From: Candidatus Fraserbacteria bacterium
GTDB taxonomy: Bacteria > Bipolaricaulota > Bipolaricaulia > RBG-16-55-9 > DRXL01
Reading direction: 5' to 3'
Assembly: GCA_947085185.1 (NCBI GenBank)
Contig: CAMTVK010000019.1
Span: 13,892 to 77,891 of the forward strand
DNA: 64,000 nucleotides
The position numbers and the translations under genes were made by a program. The notes beneath the pieces are model-generated. The model searched no databases. It saw only the letters and a list, made by a program, of their open reading frames with translations, and was not told where the DNA came from. This document shows positions 54,385 through 63,388 of the stretch, piece after piece. Position 1 is the first letter of the stretch. Every line of letters begins with the position of its first letter.

Positions 54385-56658
54385 GTGCACAAGCGAGAGG
54401 CAGAGACTAGAGTGATTCGGTTACGATCGGACAGTTGGGTGCTTCTGTGGGGTGTGCTCGTTGCGGCTCTCGTGCTCTGGAGCGCCTCGTCTTCACCCCC
54501 TGTGAGTTCAGAGTTAGGGATTCCAAGCCCCCAGGCGGAACCGGGAGGAACTCCGTATGCCAAACTCGATCCGTTCTTGCGACTTTTGGCAAATCGCGTG
54601 CACCGCGATCCCTCGACGGACCTTGCGCGCTTTGCCCCAATGGTCGCAGTCTATAGCGCTCCTTCTTATGCCCCGCTCGCTGCGCAAGGAGACGAACCAC
54701 GACTAGGCGTCTTGATCAAAACGAGGGCACCCCTCTCACGGGTGTGGTCTGTCACCCCGCTCACGCGAGATCTCGCCCTCGCCCGCGTCACCCTCGATGA
54801 GCTGAGAGAACTGGCGCAGCTCCCAGAGGTCGTCTTCATCGAAGCGAGCTATCGTTTAGAGCCGCACATCGATAGGAGCGTTCCTGCGGTGGGCGCTCGC
54901 TCTCTGCACAAGATGAGCCCCCAAGCTACGGGCAGGGGCGTCATCGTCGGCATGGTGGACACGGGGATAGATTGGACGCATCGGGATTTTCGCACCGATC
55001 GCGACGGCGACGGCTTCGAAGAGTCCTCGCGAGTTCTTTGGTTATGGGATCAGACGGAGACGGGGACCTTCGGCAGCCCGCGCACAGTCCCGTTCGGCAC
55101 TGAGTACACCAAAGAAGAGCTCGAGAGAGCGCTGCGCTCAGGGATGGGCATTGTCAATGGACGGGACGAGTCCGGCCACGGCACCCACGTCACCGGCATC
55201 GCTGTTGGAGATGGCTCGTCCTCCGGGGGAACGTTTGTGGGCATGGCCCCAAACGCCGAGATCATATTTGTCAAGACGAGCTATTTCAGCACCGATATTG
55301 TCGAAGGGGTTCGATATATCTTCGACAAATCTGAGTGGCTCGGCAAGCCCGCTGTGGTCAATCTGAGCTTGGGCGGACACTTCGGGCCGCACGACGGCAC
55401 AAGTCTGTTTGAGCAGAGCTTGGAAGCTTTTCTCGAGCGTCCCGGTCGCGCCATCGTCGCCTCTGCAGGCAACGACGGCGACCAGAAGATTCATATAGGG
55501 AGACAGCTGCGTCCCAAAGAAGCATTTACGTTTGCGTTCGTCCCCACAGGGGAGACGGCGTATGTGAACATTTGGTATTCCGGCACGGCGAATTTTACCG
55601 TTGCGGTGACGTCGCCGGGGATCAACGGGCCGCCTCAGACGGTGCTGGCGTTGCGCGGCCAGGGGGAGTTCCAAAACACCCCCGACGGCTCCGTCGAGAT
55701 CGATAACGCCGGAGGTGGGCTCGACCCGCGCAACAGAGATCGAGCGATTGCGATCTCACTGGAGCGCGCGCCGCCCAACTCATCATGGTATATTACTCTG
55801 ACAGACCAAGGGGGCACGGGGGGCAGATTCGACGCCTGGCCGGGGCTCGCTTCCATGGGGTACTTCCCCGAAGGCGACGCACTCTCGACGATCACTGAGC
55901 CGGCAACGGCGAAAAAGATTATTGCCGTTGGGGCATACACGACGAAGATCTTTTGGACCGGGGCCGACGGTCACCCCCATCGCTTCACGGACGCCCCAAG
56001 CGAAGGAGAGCTGGCGCCCTTCTCGGCGCGCGGGCCAACCCGCGACGGACGTCTCAAGCCCGACCTGACCGCCCCAGGGACGGCCATCGTCTCGGCGCTC
56101 GCGAAGAACTCTGAAGTCTCTCAGAGCACCAAGCTCGTCCTGCCAGGGGGAGACTACGTGGCCATGCAGGGGACATCTATGGCTGCGCCGCACGTCGCCG
56201 GAGCTATTGCGTTGCTCTTGCAAGCGCAGCCCCATCTGACGGCCGAAGAGATTCTCCGTCAGCTCACACGGACGGCCCTGCACGATGCGTTCACCACGGA
56301 CCCCAGGGCGTGGGGCGCGGGCAAGCTCCAGATAGACCGGGGCTTCGAGACGCTTGGGCTGCAAGATCAATTGAGTGCCAATCGTCCGGCCCTCAAAATC
56401 GGCCCCAACCCCGCAGTCCGATCCGTGACGCTCTTCTACGCGACCGTGGGCAGCCCGCGCACGGTCGAACTGATGGTCTTCGATCTTGTGGGAAGGCTCG
56501 TCTATAAGCGAGAACTCCCCGCGCAAGGGCAGCGCTTCCAATGGACGCTGCAGGACTTAGAGAATAGACCCCTTGCCCCAGGACTCTATCTCATTGTCGT
56601 GACCGCCGATGGCCGACCTAGTACCCCTTATCCCTTGGTCGTGCGCAGATCACAATGA
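54385..56658 (+). CDS. S8 subtilisin-family peptidase with C-terminal FlgD-Ig/T9SS-CTD-like domain
   Basis: Signal anchor. Catalytic triad in DTGIDWTHRDF, HGTHVTGIAVG, and GTSMAAPHVAGAIALL. The C-terminus is VELMVFDLVGRLVY...GLYLIVVTADGRPSTPYPLVV. Confidence 0.85.
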   Translation: MHKREAETRVIRLRSDSWVLLWGVLVAALVLWSASSSPPVSSELGIPSPQAEPGGTPYAKLDPFLRLLANRVHRDPSTDLARFAPMVAVYSAPSYAPLAAQGDEPRLGVLIKTRAPLSRVWSVTPLTRDLALARVTLDELRELAQLPEVVFIEASYRLEPHIDRSVPAVGARSLHKMSPQATGRGVIVGMVDTGIDWTHRDFRTDRDGDGFEESSRVLWLWDQTETGTFGSPRTVPFGTEYTKEELERALRSGMGIVNGRDESGHGTHVTGIAVGDGSSSGGTFVGMAPNAEIIFVKTSYFSTDIVEGVRYIFDKSEWLGKPAVVNLSLGGHFGPHDGTSLFEQSLEAFLERPGRAIVASAGNDGDQKIHIGRQLRPKEAFTFAFVPTGETAYVNIWYSGTANFTVAVTSPGINGPPQTVLALRGQGEFQNTPDGSVEIDNAGGGLDPRNRDRAIAISLERAPPNSSWYITLTDQGGTGGRFDAWPGLASMGYFPEGDALSTITEPATAKKIIAVGAYTTKIFWTGADGHPHRFTDAPSEGELAPFSARGPTRDGRLKPDLTAPGTAIVSALAKNSEVSQSTKLVLPGGDYVAMQGTSMAAPHVAGAIALLLQAQPHLTAEEILRQLTRTALHDAFTTDPRAWGAGKLQIDRGFETLGLQDQLSANRPALKIGPNPAVRSVTLFYATVGSPRTVELMVFDLVGRLVYKRELPAQGQRFQWTLQDLENRPLAPGLYLIVVTADGRPSTPYPLVVRRSQ

Positions 56659-57455
56659 GATACTTACTCTGTGTGGTGAGCATAGCGCTGCTAGGCACAC
56701 CCAGTCAGGCTGTGCCTATCATCTTGGAGATGGGGACAAGCGCCCGTGCTGTGGGGATGGGTGGAGCGTTTACAGCGATCGCCGACGACGAGAGCGCGGT
56801 CTTCTATAATCCCGCGGGCCTGGCGTTTCTCGGCAAACTCACAGTTTCCGCATTCTATCAGCGTGCGTTTGACGTCGTGCATCATATAGCGCTGACCGCG
56901 GCGTCGTCCGGCTGGGGCGCTCAGTTCATCCGCATAGATACAGGCCCCCTGGAGAGCACCAACGAGTTCGGCAACCCCTCCGGGGAACCGATGCCATACG
57001 CCAGCCAAGCGGGTTTGGTAGGGATCGCGTTCGGGAGAGAGTATATGGCTCTGGGGCTGCGCGGAAAGCTCTCAAGCGATGGCACTGAGACTTCCTGGGG
57101 TCTGGACGCGGGGGCATTGGCGCGGCTTGGGGGGCTGCGCGTGGGGATAGTCGCGGAAGATCTTCTGGGAATGGCGGAGTTATCTCTTCGGGCTGGGATG
57201 GCGCTTGAAGTAGAGTTGAGCCCACGCATAGCCGTGACTCTAGCTCTGGAGGGATGGAATCTCTTAAGCAGTCCGGAGCTGCATCTTGGGCTGGAAGTCT
57301 CGGTGAACGGCGTGCACATTCGAGTTGGTTATGACGGCGTAGCTGTTATCACTGGAGCGGGGGCGCGATGGAACAGCATCCGGCTTGATTGGGCGTATCG
57401 GATGCATCCCCAGCTGCCCGCTTCTGCTATTGTTACGGTCGCGTATCTGTTCTAG
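56655..57455 (+). CDS. short outer-membrane beta-barrel protein with FadL/PorV-like N-terminal hatch motif
   Basis: ATGA overlap with the S8 stop. Signal peptide. GMGGAFTAIADDESAVFYNPAGLAFL matches the FadL-family NPA hatch. The C-terminal ...VTVAYLF ends in Phe. Confidence 0.55.
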   Translation: MRYLLCVVSIALLGTPSQAVPIILEMGTSARAVGMGGAFTAIADDESAVFYNPAGLAFLGKLTVSAFYQRAFDVVHHIALTAASSGWGAQFIRIDTGPLESTNEFGNPSGEPMPYASQAGLVGIAFGREYMALGLRGKLSSDGTETSWGLDAGALARLGGLRVGIVAEDLLGMAELSLRAGMALEVELSPRIAVTLALEGWNLLSSPELHLGLEVSVNGVHIRVGYDGVAVITGAGARWNSIRLDWAYRMHPQLPASAIVTVAYLF

Positions 57456-57469
57456 AGAAGGAGGACGCT

Positions 57470-60400
57470 ATGGGGAATCGTATCGTAAAGCTCTTGCTCT
57501 ATCTTGTGATCGGGGTGGTGGTGACGGCCAGCTCTCAAGAGCGACCTCCCCATGAAGAGACGCTCTCGGTGAGTTACTCCGGCGAACTAGGGTGGACGAT
57601 CAAGTATGGTCTGGGGGACTCGCGCGAGCTCTCCCGACGCGGCTATGCCAATCAAGTGCTCTTCGAGCAATATGTCGCGCTGACGCTGGATGCTGGAGTC
57701 CAAGTGGACTGGCCCATCTCTGGGGTTTTGCGCGTCAGTGCCCAACTGGACAACCGCAAAGCCAATAACTTACAGAGCTTCAAGATGGGGTACAAAGCCC
57801 AGGCTCTTGAGGCCGCGTTTGAAGATTTCTCGATGCGGGCGGGCAGCTCCGACTTTGTCGCCACAGAGAGACTGCTCAAGGGGCTGCGCTTTAGCTGGGA
57901 TATCTCAGACACTATGAAGCTCTCCGGGAAATTCGCGCGTGTGGAAGGGATCTCCGAGTCGCGCATCTTTCGCGGCAACACCAGCCGACAGACCGTGGAA
58001 TTCACTCAACAAGACCCAGCTGCACCTTGGCTCGAAGCCCCCTATCAGACAAATCTGAAAGGGCTCGAATACTTTCAGCTCCACAGCTACGTCCCCGGTT
58101 TCACGACCGTCTCGATGCGCTTTGCGCTGACGCCGCAGCTGCGCGCCCTGCTCACCAATTACGGCTTAGACTATCTCATCGAGACTATTGAGAACGATCC
58201 CGAGCCGGAGCTCGATGCGACGCTCTATGATGTCATAAGCGAGAACGGCTCGAACTTTCTTGTGCTCAAGCGCCCAGCCCTAGAGATATTGCGCGATCAG
58301 ATCCGCACATACATTGAAGACTACAACGATGAGCATAATCTCTTCGATGAGAACGCCAAAGAATATCCCCTCGGCGAAGGGACCGACTACGAACAGAGCT
58401 TTCTGAAGAGCGTGAGCAAGCTTGTCGCGCTGACGACCTCCGATGAGGCGTTCCCTCTCGATAGCGCCAAGCGCGGACGCTTCTTCTCTCTGGGGCGCGA
58501 GAGCGTCAAAGAAGAGACGTTGAAGCTCGAGATCAAGCGCCAAGGGAGCTATATTCAGATTCCCGATCCCGATCTGCCTCAATTTCAGTTCACACTCTTT
58601 GCCGAGCAAGGGATTGTGGCGCTCGATTTCCCCGAAGAGTTTTTCGCCAACCCCCAAAGCGCTGTACGCATCACGTTCGACTACACCGTGCCGGGGGGCT
58701 TATATGTGCTGGGGCTGGCTGTCTTACAGAACAGCGAACGCGTCTATATCAAGCGCGAAGGCGAACAAGAGTATAAATTATTGCGACGCGATCAAGACTA
58801 TCAGATAGACTACGAGACCGGAGCACTGTTGCTCTTGCCCCCTTATGATGTGCTCGGCGACAAAGACGAGCTGAAGATCGAATACGAGCTGATGCGAGGC
58901 GGTCTGGGGGGCTTCGCTGAGCATCAGCGCGTCTTCACGGGGCTTTCGTACCAATGGACGCCATGGCCGTCCTTGAAGATCTCTCTCGATGCGCTGCGCG
59001 CCTTTGATACCCCCGCATCTGCCGAGAACCGGGATCGCCTGCGCACCATGCCCAATACCCATTCGGTCTTGGGAATGGCCGCTCAACTGAACTTGGGCGA
59101 TCTCCAAGCTGATCTCAAACTCGGCTACACTGAGAATATCTTCCCTACGGTGCCGTTCAGTGGCGCCAAAGCGTATCACACCAACGAGAGACTCAACCAA
59201 CGCAATCGCATTAACGTCATTGCGGGGGTCACGTTTGAAGGGCGGCGGGTGACGTTGATTGGGCATCAGAACGGGTTGCTCGTCTACGACGGCTCGCGCT
59301 GGCAGAGCTTCACCACGGCCCAGGGGCTATCCGGGCGCGGGGTGCGTGCCATCGCGGTGACGAGAAATACTGTGCTTGTGGCCACGGACTCCGGACTCTC
59401 GATGGTGAAGCTCGAGCCGGGACGCCCCGTGCTCGAAAGCTTCGCCAAGCCCATCAATTGGAGGCGTTTTTATAGCTTAGACGGCCTGCCCCATAACGAG
59501 ACGTACGATCTCTTGATTGACCGATCGGGCACAGTATGGGTGGGCACCAAGGAGGGTCTGGCTCGTGTCCCATTCGCTCAGATCACCGAGAAGACTGCCT
59601 GGAAGACCCTCAAAAAGAGCGCTATCTCGGGGTTGCGCAGCGATCTCATCACGAAGATCCTCAGCGATGGGACACGGCTCTATCTTGGCACAGATAAAGG
59701 GCTCGTGCTCTACGAGCCTGAGACGGGGCGCTCCGTCGAAGTCGCGGAGCTGCGCGGCCAAGTTATTCGAGATCTCGCGCTGTCGGGGACGACGGTCTAC
59801 GTTGCGACCGACCGTGGGATCTATGAGCTGACGGATGGTTTTGAGGTGGGCTGGCGCGTCAAAGACTTAAAAGTCTATGCGCTCGCCGTGCAGGGCACAG
59901 AGTTATGGTACGGCACGGAGATCGGGCTCTTTCGCTTGAGCTCTGATGTCCCTGTCATTCAAGAGTATGCAATCACTGCGATCGAGAAGAACGCCCGTGC
60001 GGAGCATCTGTGGGTTGGCCCGCGCGCTTCATCTACATTTGAGATGCCCTTGTGGAAGATTGATCCTTCCGGGAGCGTGAAAACATACTCTCAAGCCGAG
60101 ACACGCTTGAACGGACGAGATGAGTTTCGCTTTGAAGATATATCTCCTGACAAGAACACCGATCATGGCTGGCTGGCGCAGCTCTCGGCACAGTACAAGA
60201 TAGGCGCGTTAGAGCTCAGGGCACTGCTCGAGCGCATCACCCCGGAATTTCTCGCTATCGGTCAGGAGAGCCGCCAAGACGCACAACGCCTGACGCTCAG
60301 CGCCCAATGGCCCCTCTCGCCGACTCTGTCGCTCTCAGGCGATCACGTGATGAGCGTAGCGGGGGGCTGGCGCACCTTCGTCATGACCGATACCGTGCGT

Positions 60401-61594
60401 GCTCAGTGGACTCCTTGGGCCGGCGGCCCTCGGCTCAGCGGGACGCTCGCGCTGGAGCTCACCGACCGAGATCTCTCCGATCGCGCTACCGGATTCGATA
60501 TGACGAAGATCACTCTCACCTTCAAGGGCGATCACAAGATAGTCGGGTTCTTGCCCTTCACGCAAGAGCTCACGGTCGGGGCGACTTATGACGGCCTTTT
60601 GACGCTGGCGCGCCTGGGGCGCTCGCTGCTGGACTCCAAAGTAGGGCTGAATATCGGGCTGGCCCTCACTCCCAGCCTCAAGCTGCGCGGCTCGCTCACG
60701 GGGGCGCAGCGCCTCCCTGGAGACTCCGATCTCACTTACACCCTCGGCGGCGACTGGCAGTATACTCTGAACTTTGGGCAGCTCACGACAAGCTATACCC
60801 AGACGACGCGCCTGCGCGGTGGGCGCGGCTCGTTCGACGAGAGCGCTTCAGTCAATCTGCGCCTTAGCGACTTTACGCTCGCTGACGTCAAGCTCTCCCC
60901 AACGCTCACTCTCTCAGGGCGGCGCACGGCGCTTCTGGGCAGTACGCCCCCCAGCGGGACGCTCACGCTCTCTTTCGAAGGGCGCGCCCTCGGCCAATGG
61001 CAGGCGCTCTCCGGATCGCTCCTCACTCGGATGTCGCTCTCGTCAGACGTGCGCACATCCCGAGACTCGCTCAAACAAGAGTTCACGGGCTCGTTCGCCT
61101 GGGCGCTCAGCCCGCAGCTTGCGCCACGGGTCGAGCTGGGGCTGGTGCTGGATACGCTGAGCCATCCGACGCTGGGGCGCAAGCAGACGCTCCGACCGCG
61201 CGCCAGACTCTCGGTAGATTGGACCCCCCAAAGTCTCTGGAAGACCAGCGCTGATCTGTTCTGGCAGATGACCCTCAGCGAGCGCGAGCGCACCAGCACG
61301 TATGAGATCGGAAGTCGAGCTTCGTGGGACCCACTTGATGAGCTCTCGCTGAGCCTAGACGCCCGAGTATCGCTCGATACGCGCCTGCGCGATACCAAGC
61401 CCCTAAGCGCGACGACCTGGGAGGTGACGCTCCAGGGCGACTACGAACTTGGCACATTCTGCGCTCCCACCCTTGAGGGCAGCGATTGCACATTTTCGGC
61501 TCTGCTGGGGTATTCAGGTCGGCTGGACCAAGGGGTCGCTGTGCCCTTCGGACAAGGGCTCTTTCTCCGAGCTCAGCTGGGCTTGAACTTCTAA
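57470..61594 (+). CDS. giant (1375 aa) outer-membrane protein: beta-rich barrel-like regions flanking a Reg_prop beta-propeller; C-terminal Phe
   Basis: GAAGGAGG ribosome-binding site before ATG 57470. Signal peptide. Central repeats TVWVGTKEGLARV, RLYLGTDKGLVLYEPETG, TVYVATDRGIYEL, and ELWYGTEIGLFRL are Reg_prop-type. A long amphipathic beta region ends ...LRAQLGLNF. Confidence 0.6.
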   Translation: MGNRIVKLLLYLVIGVVVTASSQERPPHEETLSVSYSGELGWTIKYGLGDSRELSRRGYANQVLFEQYVALTLDAGVQVDWPISGVLRVSAQLDNRKANNLQSFKMGYKAQALEAAFEDFSMRAGSSDFVATERLLKGLRFSWDISDTMKLSGKFARVEGISESRIFRGNTSRQTVEFTQQDPAAPWLEAPYQTNLKGLEYFQLHSYVPGFTTVSMRFALTPQLRALLTNYGLDYLIETIENDPEPELDATLYDVISENGSNFLVLKRPALEILRDQIRTYIEDYNDEHNLFDENAKEYPLGEGTDYEQSFLKSVSKLVALTTSDEAFPLDSAKRGRFFSLGRESVKEETLKLEIKRQGSYIQIPDPDLPQFQFTLFAEQGIVALDFPEEFFANPQSAVRITFDYTVPGGLYVLGLAVLQNSERVYIKREGEQEYKLLRRDQDYQIDYETGALLLLPPYDVLGDKDELKIEYELMRGGLGGFAEHQRVFTGLSYQWTPWPSLKISLDALRAFDTPASAENRDRLRTMPNTHSVLGMAAQLNLGDLQADLKLGYTENIFPTVPFSGAKAYHTNERLNQRNRINVIAGVTFEGRRVTLIGHQNGLLVYDGSRWQSFTTAQGLSGRGVRAIAVTRNTVLVATDSGLSMVKLEPGRPVLESFAKPINWRRFYSLDGLPHNETYDLLIDRSGTVWVGTKEGLARVPFAQITEKTAWKTLKKSAISGLRSDLITKILSDGTRLYLGTDKGLVLYEPETGRSVEVAELRGQVIRDLALSGTTVYVATDRGIYELTDGFEVGWRVKDLKVYALAVQGTELWYGTEIGLFRLSSDVPVIQEYAITAIEKNARAEHLWVGPRASSTFEMPLWKIDPSGSVKTYSQAETRLNGRDEFRFEDISPDKNTDHGWLAQLSAQYKIGALELRALLERITPEFLAIGQESRQDAQRLTLSAQWPLSPTLSLSGDHVMSVAGGWRTFVMTDTVRAQWTPWAGGPRLSGTLALELTDRDLSDRATGFDMTKITLTFKGDHKIVGFLPFTQELTVGATYDGLLTLARLGRSLLDSKVGLNIGLALTPSLKLRGSLTGAQRLPGDSDLTYTLGGDWQYTLNFGQLTTSYTQTTRLRGGRGSFDESASVNLRLSDFTLADVKLSPTLTLSGRRTALLGSTPPSGTLTLSFEGRALGQWQALSGSLLTRMSLSSDVRTSRDSLKQEFTGSFAWALSPQLAPRVELGLVLDTLSHPTLGRKQTLRPRARLSVDWTPQSLWKTSADLFWQMTLSERERTSTYEIGSRASWDPLDELSLSLDARVSLDTRLRDTKPLSATTWEVTLQGDYELGTFCAPTLEGSDCTFSALLGYSGRLDQGVAVPFGQGLFLRAQLGLNF

Positions 61595-61596
61595 GT

Positions 61597-62715
61597 ATGT
61601 CGTTTGTGAGCTTAGTGTTGAAGAATCTGTGGCGCCAGAAGGTGCGCAGTCTCTTGGCGATCGCCGGGATCAGCTTGGGGATCGCGACTATGATCGCGTT
61701 GGGGGCGATCGCCGACGGCCTAGAGTATAGCTTAATCGCGACGCTGCGCTCGGGGAGAGCAGACTTCTCTATTGGGCAAGCCCACGCCCCCATGATCGTG
61801 CTCAGCTCGGTCCCTGAGGCGCGACTCTATGAGATCCAGCGCTGGCCGGAGATCCAACAAGCCGTTGGGGCGCTCGTGACGTTCGCGAGCTTCCCTGGGA
61901 ACCCGTATTTCTTAGCGATCGGCATCGAGCCCGATGCGTTCGAGCTGGGCGGCGTCATTCTCTTAGAAGGGCGCGCGTTCTCCCAGTACGCCGAAGACGA
62001 AGTGCTCCTAGGGAAGAGCGCCGCGAACACCCTCAAACTAAAGCCCGGCGACGCCATCGAGATCGACCGAAAGACTTTTCAGGTCGTTGGGATCTACGAG
62101 ACGGGCAATCTCCTCGAAGACGGCGGCGCGTTGTTCCCCTTGCGAACGCTTCAGAACCTCAAGAATCGCCCTGCGGAGCTCACGGTCATTCTCGTGCGCG
62201 TGCGGGAGGGCTTCGCCATCGAAGACGTGATGGCTCGGGTCGAGCGCGAGTATGGGGGCGCGCTCATCACGCTGCGTTCTGCTGCAGAGTTTCATAAAAA
62301 CTATCAGAGTTTGAGCTTGGTGCGCGCGGGCACTTGGCTGATTGCGCTCTTGGCGCTGGTGATCGGCGGGATCGGCGTGATGAACACGATGATCATGTCT
62401 GTTTTTGAGCGCACGCGCGAGATCGGGATTCTTCGAGCCGTGGGCTGGCGGCGCGTGCGCGTCTTGCAGCTCATCTTGGGGGAATCGCTCTTGTTGGGGG
62501 GCATCGCAGCGCTTGTCGGGACGCTGCTGGGCTGGGGAGCCGCGCGCGCCGTGACGCTCCTGCCTCAAGTACGCGGGCTGATCGGTCCGCTCTACACGCC
62601 CGATCTGTTCGCCAAGGCCCTGCTCATCGCGCTCATTGTTGGGCTGGTGGGTGGACTCTACCCAGCCTATCGCGCTGCGAAGATCTCCCCACAAGAAGCG
62701 TTACGCTATGAGTGA
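61597..62715 (+). CDS. FtsX-family ABC permease, MacB/LolE type (4 TM, large periplasmic domain)
   Basis: ATG lies 2 nt after the preceding stop. MSFVSLVLKNLWRQKVRSLLAIAGISLGIA, then a periplasmic domain of about 200 aa, then three C-terminal transmembrane segments. Confidence 0.8.
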   Translation: MSFVSLVLKNLWRQKVRSLLAIAGISLGIATMIALGAIADGLEYSLIATLRSGRADFSIGQAHAPMIVLSSVPEARLYEIQRWPEIQQAVGALVTFASFPGNPYFLAIGIEPDAFELGGVILLEGRAFSQYAEDEVLLGKSAANTLKLKPGDAIEIDRKTFQVVGIYETGNLLEDGGALFPLRTLQNLKNRPAELTVILVRVREGFAIEDVMARVEREYGGALITLRSAAEFHKNYQSLSLVRAGTWLIALLALVIGGIGVMNTMIMSVFERTREIGILRAVGWRRVRVLQLILGESLLLGGIAALVGTLLGWGAARAVTLLPQVRGLIGPLYTPDLFAKALLIALIVGLVGGLYPAYRAAKISPQEALRYE

Positions 62716-63388
62716 ACAGATGGTCATCGCGCGCGACCTTGTGAAGACCTACGAAGGCGGGCGCATCCGCGCCCTCGACGGCGTCAGCTTAGAGATCTTC
62801 TCGGGAGAGTTTGTGGCGATCTGCGGCCCGTCGGGATCGGGCAAGAGCACGCTTCTTCATCTGCTTGGGGCTCTCGATAGCCCCGACTCGGGAGAGCTCT
62901 GGGTTGCAGGGGAAGACCTCGCTCACAGTCGCGGGGACTTGGCGCGCTTCCGCGCGCGCAAGGTCGGATTTATCTTTCAGCTGCATAATCTCATACCGTC
63001 GCTGACGGCGCTCGAAAATCTCTTGATCCCGACGCTTGAGCTCAATCACTCGCGCCGCGACGCCCACGCGCGCGCTCACAGACTCCTAGAGCGTGTGGGG
63101 CTGGCGGACAAAGCCCACCGGCGTCCTCCAGAGCTTTCGGGAGGTGAGAGACAGCGCGTCGCTGTCGCCCGAGCCCTCGTCAATGATCCTGCACTTGTGC
63201 TCGCCGACGAACCCACAGGGAGTCTCGACTCAAAGACAGAAAAACACGTGCTCGATCTACTGAAAGAGCTGCGTGCCGAGCGTGATGTCACCCTGATCTT
63301 AGTGACGCACGACCCGCGGGTCGCTCAGCACGCCGATCGCGTCCTTGAGCTTTGGGACGGTCGGATCAAAGCCCCAGTTGTCTCTTAA
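62708..63388 (+). CDS. ABC transporter ATP-binding protein (MacB/LolD type)
   Basis: Overlaps the permease by 8 nt. [38 protein letters not shown]. Confidence 0.9.
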   Translation: MSEQMVIARDLVKTYEGGRIRALDGVSLEIFSGEFVAICGPSGSGKSTLLHLLGALDSPDSGELWVAGEDLAHSRGDLARFRARKVGFIFQLHNLIPSLTALENLLIPTLELNHSRRDAHARAHRLLERVGLADKAHRRPPELSGGERQRVAVARALVNDPALVLADEPTGSLDSKTEKHVLDLLKELRAERDVTLILVTHDPRVAQHADRVLELWDGRIKAPVVS

